Numbered from the stretch's first letter, positions 15,001 through 30,282 are shown. The stretch is DNA of 64,000 bases from Dimorphilus gyrociliatus (GCA_904063045.1 CAJFCJ010000010.1:372001-436000); one strand, 5' to 3'. The notes: generated by a model not told the origin, from the letters alone. Made by a program: numbers and translations.

Positions 15001-18000
15001 ATCGGTAAACGTTGAACGTCGTCCGATCTTTGTCGATAAGTGAAAGTGTATGAATTTGTTATTATATCCCCATCGCAAGCAACTTCCATTTTCACTTGAC
15101 CTGGTAAATGAGGTGGAGCTGAGCAACGTAAAACTCCATTTTGTACAAGCGTTGCTTGTACTTTAATTGAATCGAAATGGACGCTATAAGAGGAAGAGGT
15201 AGAATACCTGAATAGAAAATAACCGATTAATTGATTTGGGTCGGTACTGAAGTGCACTTAGAAGGTATTATTTACCATGGTCCTGTTACGAGTACCTTCT
15301 GACCTCCGTCTGTATATGACCATTCGGGGGCAACATCAGTTATGGATGCAACATAATTCGAAGGTGGTTCTTCAACGTTAAAACTACCAACTAAATCATC
15401 TAATAAATTCAAATCGAGATTATCAGCAGTTGAAACGGCTGGTTGACCGGGCATGTTTGCCGTAAGTGTTCTCTGAAGATCGTCGGCATCACTACACAAT
15501 CCCAAATCTTCTACTTCAGTTTTCAACTCCTTTTTGGACGAATTCTGTTGTAGACTAGACTGGCTTGATAAAATAATAAGACCGGAAGAACTGGGCATTA
15601 AGTAAAGAGGTTGAACTTGTTTTGATTCACAAACTGATTTTGTTGGTGTTCCTTCAGTCGATGATGACGAAGAGGTTGGCTGCCGGCTAATGACTTGTTC
15701 AACTATATTACTAATGATCTGTTGACTATTTTCGAAGCTGTCACAACCTGTTGGGGATTCTGTCGGTTAAAAAATTTATTATTAAAAATTAATATTAAAA
15801 GATGAGCATTTGTCAAATTAGAGAGAATTATAAACAATATATGAATTATGAAACATAGTTGTAATATATACTGCATAATGTATATAATATGTTAGTTATA
15901 ATATAAATTGCATATGGAATAAGTTTAATCTGAGTAAATCCTATTGCTTTCCATCTTAGTTTAGAAATCTGTTAATTAAATTAAACTGATTTCAAAACTT
16001 CTAAAAAAGAAAATTAGAGTCTACATACATAAAATATTCAATATATTTGCTTTTTAATACATCTATTTGCCATAAAAATATATGAAATATCGATGATTTT
16101 GTTCATATAATTATTAAATGAAAGATAGCCTTACCTACAAACATTGGCGTAATTTCCTCTGACAGTTCCTCTCGAGTCCAATTTCTTGTTTCGTTGTAAT
16201 GTTGAAGAACAGAATGAACGACATCTTTGGAATCTCTCTGAGCAGTTGGTACATTTAGATAATGTACTAAGACTACATCCGGATTACTTAGTAACCAATA
16301 CGATCTTCTATGAAAGGTCGGTAGTATAGCCGAATGAACATAACAACCATAAATAAATTCTTCTCCTTGCACTTTTAATTTCATATGATCTTCTCTAGTT
16401 GTGCGTCCATCTCTCCTCTTCTTCCAGCAATAGCCATCTCTTCGGTATCTGTTTTGAAGAGAAAAGTATATTTTACGAAGCTTATTAGATGGCCTTTTGA
16501 CAAATGAAGGCTTTAGATACAACCTCTCATCATCTACTTGATTCACCAACTTAACAATAACACAGAACGACTACTTAGTAAAAGTAAACAATAAGCTAAT
16601 AAATACTTGTCTGATATATATTATATATATATAAATATATATATTATGAATATTTACATATTTTTTACGTTGATTTATTAAAAATTCTGTAAGAAGGATA
16701 AATATAAAAAAGAAAAAATTAGGGTTTTTCAACTTAAAATAAGTGTCTTTTTTTTAACTTAGATTGGGAATATTTTAAATAGGATTTAAAGTATGATTAA
16801 AAATTTTTCACTAACCCTCTAACTGCCTGCCTCGAAAAAAGCAACACAGACCCACTAGATGGTCGAGATCTCACTTCCGTACTTAACCAATTCTCATGCT
16901 TATCAACAGCTAAGAGAATGGAGGCGATTTCCTATTTGGAGAAAAGGATAAAATTTCGTCAGTAGTCATAGCGACATTGTGGAGTCGATTCATCAACGCG
17001 GGTTTTTTTAGAAGTTAATTGATTGCCTTCGATTTTCTGTTTACCTCGTTACTGTTCCATCTGTGTAAAACTAGCGGGAAGTTTTCAGGCGGTGGTGGAA
17101 CCTTCGGTTTATTAAGTCTTTGCGCAGCCCAATTTTCCGGCTTTTGGCGGATTTCACCTAGATTAAAGAAAAGAAAAGATTTTATCATAAATAATTCATA
17201 TAAAACATTTATATTCGAAAAATCCATCTACCACTGTTAACGATTTTCATTAATAAAAAATATTTACTAGGTCCAACCAATCTATTCATCTATTAGGTAG
17301 ATTTAAAATATAATCCACTCAGCGATTTAGCAATGGTACATAATATATTCCTGTTACTCGACTTGGATGATAACATTTGGATATAAATATATTTATATTT
17401 GTATATGTCTATATTGCACTATATATACGGCGTATGCTAATATATATAATTATATGTATTATAATAAAACTGTAGTAGATTTTATAGTAGGATACATCAA
17501 TATAAAAAATACCATAGCAGGAAAATGTGATCTATTATACAAACTTGTCTACTCTTTCGTTTTTAAGTAGGACTATTACATTCTCTTAATGAGAGGCTTA
17601 AATTCCTTTTAAATTTATATGAAATGTTTTGTAAAACATGAGTAATCAATCTTCAAAATAAGATAATTATATCTTCAATGATTAAATTACGCACTTAACA
17701 GAAATTTAACAGTTTTGTGAACAATATAGAAGCTTCGATATAGGGTTTGTAATGACATTTGAATAAAATTTTCAAAGTTATTGAACCAATAAGCTTTATA
17801 GCATGACATTTCAAATGATTATTCGCTCTTTGATGTAAATATTACAAGGAAATTGGGGTTATATAATAGTCAATAATTCCTACGAAAGAGTTACTAGTTA
17901 CTAATAATAATTTTACAAACTATTTAACAGCAGCAACACGGCTTTTTAGAAAGTATATCTGATATATATGTATATAGTCTATATTGAAATTCACTAGTTG

Positions 18001-21000
18001 ATACATATTTATTATCTGTATAAATGGAAATATAAAAACGCCTACGTTGACAGTGTTCAATTAATAAAATCGTAAAAAAAATATCCAATAAAGGAAATGG
18101 AAGGCTTACAATACAATTTCATATCATTATTCACTTTCAGTTCTCTTTTAAGTCATCGAATAACTTCCCTATTAACAAGAATTGTTTAACTAACAAATTA
18201 TAAGTAATTTTATAAGTTGAGTGGATACTAGAAAAAAGTCTAGACAAGAAGAAGGATGAGGAGGGAAAAAGTTGAGATTCTATAAGTCAGATAATATCAT
18301 ATTTGTTGGAAATTCACAAAAGCCAGACAAGCCACGAATGCAAATTAGAAAGTATTGAAGCGTAAAGATTACTCGGAATCGAATTTGGGCGTCAACATCT
18401 CAGGGTGTTGTTGAGAGAAATATAATTTAAAAAAAAAATAGAAAAAGCTTTCGCTTTCTCTCACTTAAATAACTATCGAAATCGCTTTATATTAGCTATA
18501 AATGTATGAAGACTATTTACGAGTGTAGTTGGAAATTTTAAAAATTAATAAAAATGGTTCAATGTCAAAGAAAAGCAACAGCTAAAAAAATTTTATACTG
18601 ACATGATGTAGGGATTAATAAAAGTCTTGTCATATATGTCAACTTATAAGAACATTCGTCGTATAAATAAGGTTAAACTGCCATACTTACTTTAAGCAGG
18701 ATTGTAATTTTCCGCTTTCACAACATGCCAGACAAAAGTATGTAGCTTATTATAAATACTATATACAGCACATATTGTACGGTTTATATAACTATGTCAT
18801 ATCTGTAAACATGTATCATACATAATTCTAGTGAACAAACTACATAAGTATGTTATTTTCTCTTACAGAGGAGATATTTAATATTTATATATATGGACAA
18901 TAGAGTCACGATGATAGTAAATTAATTCATATTTGTCACGATCCTAATTTACAGACCGTCGATGGGAAAATGAGTGTTAAATGTAAGAAAGACACAAAAT
19001 GTTCGAGCTTTTTGTCATTGTCAAAATGTGATTGGCAAGCACTTTGCTTACAATGAGCTTATAGTCGGAGTAACATGAAAATTAGGTCAACAACCTTTTC
19101 AAAGCAAGGGCTAAAGTTGATTAATGATGTAATAATGATTTGAAGTCAATTCTGACGTTCATCTATTTTCATATTGAAATAAATAGTCTTGAACTCTTGG
19201 TATAAATCAGATAGCGAGATAGCGACAAGTAGAGTATTAGGGTTAAATATTGTGTAAACGAATCTAATTTTTTTGGCCTGATTAATGAAATATGTTTTAC
19301 ACGATTCTTGTAGAAAATAGTTCGTTAACCTAAACTACAAAGTACAAGGATATTAGAATATCAAGGTCACTTCACTTAAAGTCAACTTTGAAAAGGATAT
19401 ATAAAAATGAAGTATTATTGATGAAAATCCTAGCAAAGTAGCCCTAATCTGTCATCAAAACATCAATTTCCAATAAATAAGCACTTGATTGGCTTTTGGT
19501 ACGATTTTCCAACTTCTCGTATCGTCTTGCATAAAATAAAAAAGAATTGGCAAAAACGAAGACTTCTTTTTTAGCATAAGGTACAACTCGATTTCGTGTA
19601 TATCGTATAAGTGATATTCCACAATTGCATTTTATACTATACGTGATGTATTTCTATTATTTAACTTATTCCATAAGGCGGGTGAAATCGTGTAGGTGTG
19701 TGAAAAAGTAATTAAGATTGTCTTTGGAAACTCTTGCATAGTTGCAGCACTGGGATAAACAACAATTTCTTGACTACATGAAAAGCACGTTCTCTAAACA
19801 TTTTTCTAAGTAGCTTATTATTCTAGAGAAAAATTCATTTAAATGATAAAAACTATTGCGCTTAAAACTGTATCTAATAATATAAAATATGAAAAAAGAA
19901 AGAAAGTATAAAATTGGTCGCTATGGAAATATATGTAACAAGGACAACTAAGACAGCCTAGATAGAACGAAAGACGTTAATTATCAACCTTAAAAATACA
20001 GTGGTAACGATCTTTCAAATATCTAAAACAGCTTTTATTTATGAACTATGCATCATTTAGTGCAGATTTCAAGAAAACAAAAAGCCTTCTGTAGGATAAT
20101 AAAGTATGATTTTACATCAAACGTTTTGTTTTTTATTCTTTTTTTATTCTTTAGTACATACTCTAACTAATAGAATATCAAAAGCCCATGATTCTCTGTA
20201 CATAATGAATAATTTTATAGAAAAAAGCAAACGAGTATTAGAAATATTGTCAAAGTGAAATATTTAAGTGACTTTTATATCATTCTATTAAATACAAACT
20301 GTTTAAAGCTTTGTAGTAAATGCGAGCGTAAAAAATAAATTACTATTGAAACTTTTAGATTCATTTCTTTGTACTACTCAATCACAAAGTATATAATAAA
20401 TAGGCAAATGAAAGACCTTTACCACAAATGTGAGCATATTAACTTTGTTGGGAAATACAGAAACAGGCGTCTAGGCAGTCAGTTAAATAGCAGCCAATGA
20501 TAAGGTCATTAGATATGATTAAAAAATAGTCTTGTGAAGGTTTAGTTTTGTGTATAATCTTGAAATTAAATAAACTTCGTATTGATTAAAGTTAATTACA
20601 AACAAATAAGGTGCAATAATAGCTTCTTAAACTTCCTCTAATCAAAGAGAGAGAGAGAGAGAGAGGAAGTACTGTTCCATATTATCGACTCTATTATAAA
20701 TGGATGACGGGTAAACAATCTTATATACATAATACTATCTTGCAGTCTGCAGAGATAATTGATTTCCGATGAGGTCGTTCAAGATTGCGCAACTGGTAAA
20801 TAATAGGCTCTTATCATTAGGAAAGCTATTAACAACAGTTCAAAAGTAAAGTAAATAGAGTATCTAGAGTACCGAAATCTAAGCTAAAATTGAAGGGTGT
20901 TAGTTTGAAAGGCAGTGTCCATTAGCCAGTTCTATAAACAGTTGCTGATTGCATTGCGTGACTTCAATTTCAAGATGTCTGCCCATCAACGAGGAAAAGA

Positions 21001-24000
21001 AAAATCAGATATGGGTTCTATGTCTCACGCATGTTTTTTAAATATGACCATTTAATATGAAATGAACTGCATATTTACGCCATATATTAGCTACGTATGG
21101 TTAATTATTATCTTAGATATTTTATTCGTTAAGACAATGTCAAAAGTCTTTAAATGTCATTTATATCTTCAAGACGAAAACTAAATTTAGCTAATGAAAG
21201 TACTAATAGGTCATGTATTGTAAGATACACATGGAATATTCCTTATCTTCATTTGGCTAATATATACTATATATCTCACTATATGAAAAGAATATAAAGA
21301 ATTTTTAGATTAAATCAGATAGAAAAAAAGATCTTCCAAACTAGAATCTTGTTAAGGAAGAAACTCAGAAAAAAAGCGTCATTTGCTGCAACTAACTAAT
21401 TTTTATCTGAAGAATTACTCGATAAACTTCAAAGAGTCGAATGGAATTCTTCTAAAACCTCTAAAAGGTTGGTCATGCTACGCTGAGTAGGCATAGAGCG
21501 TGAGAAAACAATTCTAATCAGTATCTTTCGAAGGATGTATGCAAATATTACAAATAATTTAATAATAATGTTTAGTTTATCTATAAGTTGAATAATGAAT
21601 AAGATGTATATAATATTTAACATTCATTCATTAAGGAAGAAATTCCATTCCTATAAAAAATATTGACAGGAAAAGAGCTATCAACGAAATTTGAAAGAGA
21701 TAAAAAACACTACAAATATAAAATAGATATTAATAATTAATAGGAATTTTTCTAAATTGCATTTTATTTTTATCCTCTTATCTTATTATTTATTACAATA
21801 ATGCGTCTAACTATTTATGCTCATAAATCCACCTTTAAAGATAATTCAAGGTCTAACGATTGCCTAAAAGAGAAATTACCTATTTTTATAAAATACGATT
21901 ATGGATGATAAAACATTTTCCCTCATTTTTCAGATAAAATTACAAAAAAGAAATAAATTTCTTAAAGAGACAACTTGTTCATATCTATAGAAAAAATATA
22001 GTAACAACATTTTGGTCTTTTAAAGATAATTCTCTAATTTCTAACACCCGAATATTGGCTAAATCTTACAAAAGATTTAGATCAATCAAATGTCATTATA
22101 TTCATTTTTATCGTGAAAATGGGAAAATAATTTATTATAGGAATTTCTATGACTTGAATAACTTAAAATACAATCAGAATCAAAATCTATACATATTTCG
22201 GTCACAAATGTTATGAAGTAATAGTAATAAGCAATAATAAACCCCTTTACCGAATCATAGCTCTCACTATAACAGTACAAGGAAATAGACTATTTCAAGG
22301 GGATTGTCGAGAATTGAACTGACAGGAACTCAAAATAAAAATAAGGTCAATAGGAAGTATCCCCTAACAAGAGGAATTTAAGAATTACTTCCTAGAAGGC
22401 TAGCCCAGTCAAGCTTTTAGTCGAGCTGGTCACAAGGGACAATTTTTTGTTCTTAAAAAAAAAAAAAAAAGGAAAATAAATGACCTTACCGTTTGCTTTG
22501 ATGTGGCTCATGGTAGACACAGGCACAGTTCGTTGGCCTACAAAGAAAAGGCATGAAAAATTAATTACATGGGAAAGTTTAATAAATTGCTCCAAATGAT
22601 CGGCATAGATGAATTCGTAAGTCCTTAAATATTCATTATAAACGACAATAACCTCTTTCTCTAGATTTGACCATGGGTAATTTTTAATATGAACACATGG
22701 GCAACAATAAAAATCAGTAGAAAATTTAAATTTCATACGTATTTCATTTCTCTATCGTTTCTTTTACACTACTTTAAATAGAATTGAAATTACATATTAT
22801 CCTGATATTTAGTTAATAAGTTAAATAGTATCATCTCACACAAAGGAGCTAAGTATTTTTCTTATTTTTTATGCCATAAGCAAAGAAAAGAAAGTGCCAG
22901 GAGTCTAAGAATCGATACGTACACGATAAGCGTTATTGGATAGAGCTGAAATCTTTGATCAATAACACGTCTCACATCTTAGGTATAGGTATCCAGGACC
23001 TCAAATTAACTGACATTTCAAAGACGGACATCCGTTTTAAAAGGCTACGTGATTTCTCGCTTACTATTACTGAAGAATAGTAAAAAGCGAAAATTATTTT
23101 TTCGTAGCACGTTTTCACATTAAATTTGGTTTATATCTTTAATAAATAGAATGGCATAACTACTAAAGTAATGGTCACTTTTAGCACTAACAACAATAAT
23201 CGGCTAAACGAAGCGAGATCTAAGAGCCATGTTAAAAAATTGATGAGCAACGTTGTTTACACTCTTTACATTAGGATTAAAGATAATTAAATTTGTCATA
23301 TCATGCAAAAAGCTGGAAATTTAAGATCATAAAAATCAAATTGTCACTTATTGTAGAAGCAAGATTAAATGATATTATCTTCGCAGTAATAATTAATTAC
23401 CTTTTTATCTATTCATTTTAGACTCTGAAAAAAAAATCGAATAGTTCATTTCAGCTATTTCACATAATGGAACTAAAGAGATCGATTGTAGACAAGTCGA
23501 TTTCACTCTAAGTACATTTTTTAACCTATTGCTATTCATTGATTTGGAAAACAAACATTCACCGACTATTTAATAGATTCAACAATTATAAAGACCTCAT
23601 CAAAAGAGGAATTCCTAAAATTTTTGTTATTAATTTAAGAATTTCTACGTTTGGCGAAGAATTCTTATTATTTTTGCTCACTGAAAAGACAAAATACAAT
23701 AATTACTTTTCGTTGCAACTTGCTGTTATATAAAACGAACATTTTAAATAAATAGGGAATCATTCATTAAGCTGCCTTTATTAATCATTTGTAAAAAAAG
23801 AGAAAGAGGTATTAAGGAAAGTTCAAAAAATAATTAAAACTATAAATATCTTATGTTTTATTTATGCTTTCATTATAACTCATAATACTATTGGAGTATA
23901 TTCCCGGAAGCCTTTCTTTATTTTACCTAATAACTATTGACTGCTAACTGTTAATCTGTCATTCTGAAAACTGAAGTATGGATATATACATACATTAGAT

Positions 24001-24390
24001 ATAGTACACATCCTTTTCCAGATTTGATAGGAAATTACCAAATCTTAAGAGACAGGCAAAAAAAAGATAGCTTATAAAGAGGAAAAAAAGGAGAATTTTA
24101 GCGAACAATTGAATGTATCTTATCTATAATTCTTTTGACATTCGATTAATCAAATATATAAGAAAAAGTACAGTCGTGCATATATTTCTTACCATAAATA
24201 GATTTACCATAAAAAACAAATAGTTAAAACAGATTTCTGTTCATAAAAAGAATAAAGATATATATATATATATATGTATATGTTTGTAGCAATTTATGTC
24301 ATATTATTCAAATATAAAAATAAGCGACGCTGCTTCTCTGAATAAAAATAGAAATATTTCTTTTCCTTTCGTCACGCATGTGATACAATC

Positions 24391-24425
<35 letters not shown>

Positions 24426-26338
24426 CTATATATAAACTAATATATATATATATATTACACATACATTAATGCCTCTATGTTAAGGTTAAGAATAGAATGA
24501 AATGAATACCTTTTATATTTTTCCCATGTCATTAAATAATAAATTGAAAATAGTCTTAAAACGACTCTTTCCGTGAATATAAAGTATTTGTATATATTAA
24601 AATATTAAAAGATATAATGCAATTATGGATTTATTTTTTTAAAAAAAAAAGGAGAAAATACGATTTTAAATGATTAATTTCTATTTTTCAACAAAAAATC
24701 CATAGAAATTATTATCGCTTGATCGTAATTCACAGCTGTGAATTTTTTACTCATTTATTGATTTCTTTTTTTCTTAAATAATTATTTTTAATCAGTTGAA
24801 AAAGGATTACAAAGTGCTAATTTCAAAACAAAACAATAAACAAAGCAACAAAAAAATCTCCATTTAATATGTATATATATATTTAATATATATGTAAACT
24901 CGGTCGTAATTAATCAATTTTTTCTTCTTAACATTATTAAAAATAGAAGACTGGTCGTTGTTGGAAATATTTTAGGGAATTAATTATAAATAAAACGGCT
25001 AGTAGAATTAATACAAGGGAAGAAATAAAGAGAAATCTTTTAAATATAGTTAAAAAATAAATAAATGAACAATACTGTCTGGTACAAAGTTAAAGACTGA
25101 AATTATGCATCATATGCTTATTAAAGTTGACTGGCCTTCTAAAAAGTTCTATATTTAAGAATTATAGTTTTTGTAAAATATAAAATATTTTTCACAAGAC
25201 ATCTAGCAAAATTGCAGATAGTTTTACAGGTTAAAAGGTTCTACCTTAGTGCGTTTCATTGTGTTAATGAAAACATCAAGTGTCATATCTATTTTTGTAC
25301 AATTATGCACTAACAAAATATTTGTGTATTTAGGATTATTTTTTGTTAGACTCTTCATTAACAAAACATATAGTGTTTTTTGTATGATTTTTAAAGATAA
25401 AGACGTTTTTACAGATAAATCCGTTACCATATAATTATCAATGTTTCTTTAAATCCTAAGGGAAAGGTTAGAGAGAAAGACGACAGCTGAAGGACTTGGT
25501 AAGAATAGGGTCTAAATGGAAACGTAGGTACAATCGTGTACAGAAAAAGTGCAAACTGATCTTTTCTTTCAGCTGCCAATGAATAAACTAACAAAAGTTT
25601 CTTTCTATATATCTCAGAGCTTCTTTTGTAGAATATTGTCTCTTCTTAGGCTTTAACTTATTGAAATAACTCTTTTCGCATTCTATGTGATTACTAGTAA
25701 GAGAATTATTGATAAAACAAATAATACTTAAAGCATAAATTAATAATACTAAACTATATACTCTAAATTTTCTTCCACTGATAAGAATATTAACAGATGG
25801 TTTATTCACTAATCTTTGGAGAATAGAAAAAAACAGGAAGGAAATCCAATCAGTAGTACTAGAATTAGTTTCGTTAAATCCCTGAGGGTTGTTGGAAATA
25901 CAGAGCTTTTAATTTTTTAATGTTATCTCAATGTCTTTTCTATAGTAGATAAAAGTAGCAGATGATATTCTCAATTTAACAAAAAAAAAGCAAAATATAT
26001 GGAACAATTGAATTGAATTGGGAGGGAACCATTTAAGCATTTCTGCTTTGTATATAGAAACGAAAAGAACAATGTGTACAGTATTTGTATTTGTATATTC
26101 GTATCTTCCTTAATTGTATATCTGTCTAGTTGTATCTCTACTTTGCTCTCTTTTTCACCAATGTATGTTTATATAAGTTTACTCAGAAAGAATTGATACA
26201 AAAAACGTCGCCGCAAGAGATTATACCTTCCGGCTGATAATCATAAGAATTGATTACTTTCTCATTTCTACAGAATTCATCTATGCTTCCGTTCCCTAGT
26301 ACTAATTTCAACCTACCTGAAATTTCCATGGGAATCAT
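10142..26338 (-). CDS. CAMTA: Calmodulin-binding transcription activator (CG-1, TIG, ANK and IQ domains). Core 11778-17157 is secure; first exon (26338-26227/26317), exon 22537-22490 and last exon (10223-10142) are inferred
   Basis: CG-1 domain HRWNSNE|EIASIL...YRRDGYCWKKRRDGRTTREDHMKLKVQG...HSAILPTFHRR. TIG domain ITDVAPEWSYTDGGQKVLVTGPW...GVLRCSAPPH. ANK region LAASLGY...TPIIAACMNNH. Five IQ-like motifs, then exon 11843-11778 RSHYQRKKQ. Terminal exons were chosen by splice consensus and phase only. Confidence 0.93.
12022..12066. repeat. (AT)n microsatellite in a CAMTA 3' intron
   Basis: Uninterrupted TA run seen directly. Confidence 0.9.
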
Positions 26339-26564
26339 TTCTCGCTTTCAGAATGACCATGACTGAGCTATAAAAAAAAGTGATTAGCAGCATAGTAACG
26401 GGATATAAGCCCTATAAAATATCGTCTAAGAGATAATTAGAATGTCCACTCACCAAATACATCATCCTAACTAAACGCAACAAATTATGTTCATCCAACG
26501 ATCTACAAGCGCAAATTGATAGAAATTATGTATCCTAGAAAAATTTACTAGGCCTTTTAGAGTG

Positions 26565-26812
26565 TGCGCATGCGTGGGGGAAGTTAGGCCGCTTTAGCCC
26601 GGTTGGGAGCATGGTATAAAAATCGAACATTTCTTTTTTGACCAGAACAATGTACCAAACTAACAGAGGGGTGCATATTTCAAGTACTATTTTATGCATA
26701 CAAAAACCATTACGTATTATTAACCATACAAATTGGGTTCAGTACTCACAGTTGAAAAATTTGTTGAATTTAGTAAATTGAAACAGTTACCAGTTTTTCA
26801 GGCGCATGCGCA
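26565..26812. promoter_or_regulatory. Bidirectional CAMTA/Tim17 promoter with two NRF1 (alpha-Pal/ewg)-type sites
   Basis: TGCGCATGCG at 26565-26574 and GCGCATGCGCA at 26802-26812, in very AT-rich DNA between two divergent start codons. Confidence 0.7.
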
Positions 26813-26830
26813 TAATATCGACCGATAAAT

Positions 26831-27937
26831 ATGGAAGAATACGCACGTGAGCCTTGGTTTGTATATTTAGTTTAATTTATTGCATGATATACATTCCTTT
26901 CATCAGCTAATATACAATTAAACTACTTAATATCTTTTTCGGTAATGAGCCTTTAAACTAAAGAAATATATGTTCATTAAAAGTCGAACTGTCTTGAAGG
27001 ACATTTGCGTCATTTGAAAAGTTAATGCTGTATTACGTTCTATTAAAGAATATTTAAATTTCCAGTAGTCAATATAACAGATATTCTTTATATTAAATTT
27101 AAGTCATTATATAATTGACAAATCATTTCATCGTATTCGTTTAAGAGCCGTATCTCTTTTTTACGTTTAACATAGGTCATCCTATGTCATGATATGTCAT
27201 GATATATCCATAAACTGATAATCGGTTATCAGACTAGTAGTAATATATTTCGAATAACTCATTCTCAACTGAATAAGACATTCAGACTTAATTTTGGCTT
27301 TAATTATATTCACAGTCCATGGAGAATTGTAGATGACTGCGGAGGGGCGTTCTCCTTAGGTATTATTGGTGGATCTCTTCTGCATGCCTTTAAGGGTTGG
27401 AGAAATGCTCCTAAAGGACAATATAGAAGATTATATGGAAGTTTCGCCACTATAAAACAAAGAGCTCCGATAACTGGAGGGAATTTTGCAGTTTGGGGCT
27501 TTATGTATTCATCCTTCGATTGTTCGTTAGCCTTTATCAGAAAAAAGGAAGACCCTTGGAATTCGATTATGAGTGGAGCATTAACTGGATCGACTTTGGC
27601 AGTTAGAAGTTCGTTAGCTCTTGATATTAGTTTTCTTTTATTTGACATATTTTTATTTGTTCCATAGGTGGCGTTGGAGCAATGGTTGGCGCCGGAGTTT
27701 TAGGAGGTGTCTTACTTGCAATGATTGAAGGAATGACTATTCTAATGACCCGTTTTACTGCCCAACAACTTAATAACCAAAGTAAGTACATTTTATTGAG
27801 TTATTATATTAAATATTCTAATTATGAACAATTTTCTTCAAACAGTGTTGGAGCAAATGAACCAGGCCTCAGATGGACAAAATTCTGGACAACAACCGAA
27901 ACCTCTCTTCTCTTCAAATGAGACTCAATATTCCTAA
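26831..27937 (+). CDS. TIM17: Mitochondrial inner-membrane translocase subunit Tim17; exons 26831-26856, 27316-27608, 27668-27781, 27846-27937
   Basis: MEEYAREPC|[15 protein letters not shown]...GGNFAVWG...[16 protein letters not shown] is the unmistakable Tim17 signature. All intron phases are consistent. Confidence 0.97.
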
Positions 27938-30249
27938 TGAGTTATCTAAATGTATTAGACACTTCATTTTTTCTTTGTATATAGCTTGTTGTAATTTTCT
28001 GTAAAAAAAACAAAATCATCGAATTTGATAAAAATTGTTAAATGAAGTTTTCTTGAAAAGAAAAAGAATAAAGAGGCAAATAATAAGTTAAAAGTCCATA
28101 TTCCTTTTTCGGGTTCATTATATTTCATATGAAAAGGAATTGTAGACGAAAACATGCTGTGCACGTGAAATAAAAAAATAAAAAACCTGAAGGTCATACA
28201 AGAAATACGTAAAAAGATAGTATATGGGCAGCCAACTGGTAAAACGAGTTTACTACAGAGAAAAAAGGACCAAAATTAATAGGAAGATAGACTTCTTGCG
28301 GGGTTTTTATTCATTGCTGCAAAAAAAGTGAAGAAAGAGAAAGTTTTATAAACTTATACAGTACAAAGCGATATATCATATATAAACGACTTACATTTGG
28401 TGAAGATGTAATTAACAATGCACTTGGTAAAGTGGAACCATTTATTTTCACTCTTCTAGTCTATCTATTATAGAAAACTCCTTTCATCTGAGCATTATAA
28501 AAACTTTGATAAATATTCGCAACACTTGTTTTTTGTAAATTATTTGAAAGCCATAATAAATTAGGATTAGGAAGTCGTTAATTTAAAAGTGACAGTGGAA
28601 AACTAAAATCATACAAGTGCTTTATTGCTGAATCTGCAAAAGACAAAACAATAACAATATTTTTAATAAGTTATGGTTATTAAATTTATATAACAGATCT
28701 TAAATATTAATAAAAGAAAGCTTCTTTTTATTCCTTTGCTTAACATCTAAAAAATACAATGAAAAATCGAGAATGCTGTTTAATTAAAATGTTTGTATTA
28801 TTGCGTTGGAAAATCGACAAACTTTAGAATTCATTTTCTAAGAAAAGCAGTTTAAAAAAAATACAGGGCAGCCAGATTTCTCTCTTTTTGTAGCCTGTTT
28901 AACAAATGGAGTTAATTATGTTTGGTGAATATTTTTGAATAATAGAATTAATCTTTTTCATTTTTACTTTTTTAACCTCATTCTAAGGTTAGAATAATTT
29001 TAATTAGAAAATTAATAATAGACCGCTAATTAATTAATGAAATAAACAGATGAATAAATTTATAGTAAAAAATTACTGCTGTTATTCTATTATTTATTAA
29101 CTTTAACAATTACTCACCTAGCATGTTGTTGATTAATTATTTTATTATTTATGATAAAGATGATAAGAATTTATTTCTTAAAAAACAAAAAAATAGCACC
29201 TACTGAAGGTCAAAAGAATTTATTAATGAATAATATACAATTATCTATTTAGGATGTTTAATTTATAGGATTTTGTTGAGCTAATCTAGATATTCTTGTA
29301 GTTTAAGTAGTGAATATCCTTATTCTAATTTTGCTAACTGAAGAAAAGTATCCTATTTACCCACATAAATAAATACTTGACAGGGTTTCTTGCCCTTTTA
29401 GGAAGCATGAACAAATAGAAATAGGTTTGAAGGATTGCTATTGAGGAGTAGTTTGTTTAGTTCTCATCTGAGGGAGCCTCTAGACGCTCATATTTACGTT
29501 TTTTCAAGGGAAATGAAGACATTTGCTACTTTCTCGTTAACTTGGGGAAACGATGTTTTTTTTTAAAGACCAATAATCTCCCGAAGGTTACCTTCTAGGA
29601 AACCGTTTTCAAATTATGGCAGGAAATGAGTAACGAAAAATACGTTATTCGCTAGCCTCCAAAATATTATAAGGCGAAAGAGTATTAAGAGAAAAGTATA
29701 ATTGATAAACATAAATACCCTTAATACCCTTTTCTTTCCTAAGTCTATCGATCTAAATCAATTGAGTTTCTTTTATTCTCATAAATTGAGAGTATACACA
29801 ATTCAAAAGACCGTTGAATCAAGAATTTATTTACAAATACTATATAATTCTTATTCTTTCATCTAAGTATCAAGTTTAGACAGACTCATTACAGTAAAAA
29901 TTTAATAGGAATGAAGCGAAAAACAACTTTCTTTTGATATATACAGTGAATATATAATATTCTTATATGTACATTAAGTAAAAAACTATATATCATATCA
30001 TCAACACTTCAATTACTATAGTAAAGAAATGAATGAGAAAAACATAAGCAAAATAATAGTATTTAATCAAACTCTTATCAACAGGTTGCAATTATTTGAA
30101 GGTCATTAAGAAAAAATCTATTATTTATTTTAATAATCACCTGAAAAAAATTAATCAGAAATAGTTGTTCACCTATTGTCTGTAGATATATATATATATA
30201 TATATCTACAGTATAAGTAAAAATAATAATACACGAATTTCATTGTCTC

Positions 30250-30252
<3 letters not shown>

Positions 30253-30282
<30 letters not shown>
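30253..30282 (+). repeat. (GA)n microsatellite
   Basis: Uninterrupted GA run seen directly. Confidence 0.9.

Noticed and set aside
21429-21520. RSMTNLLEVLEE resembles the LINE reverse-transcriptase motif RSCLTNLLEF
   Set aside because: Only about 12 residues with altered spacing, and no flanking RT motifs, so a mobile element is not supported.
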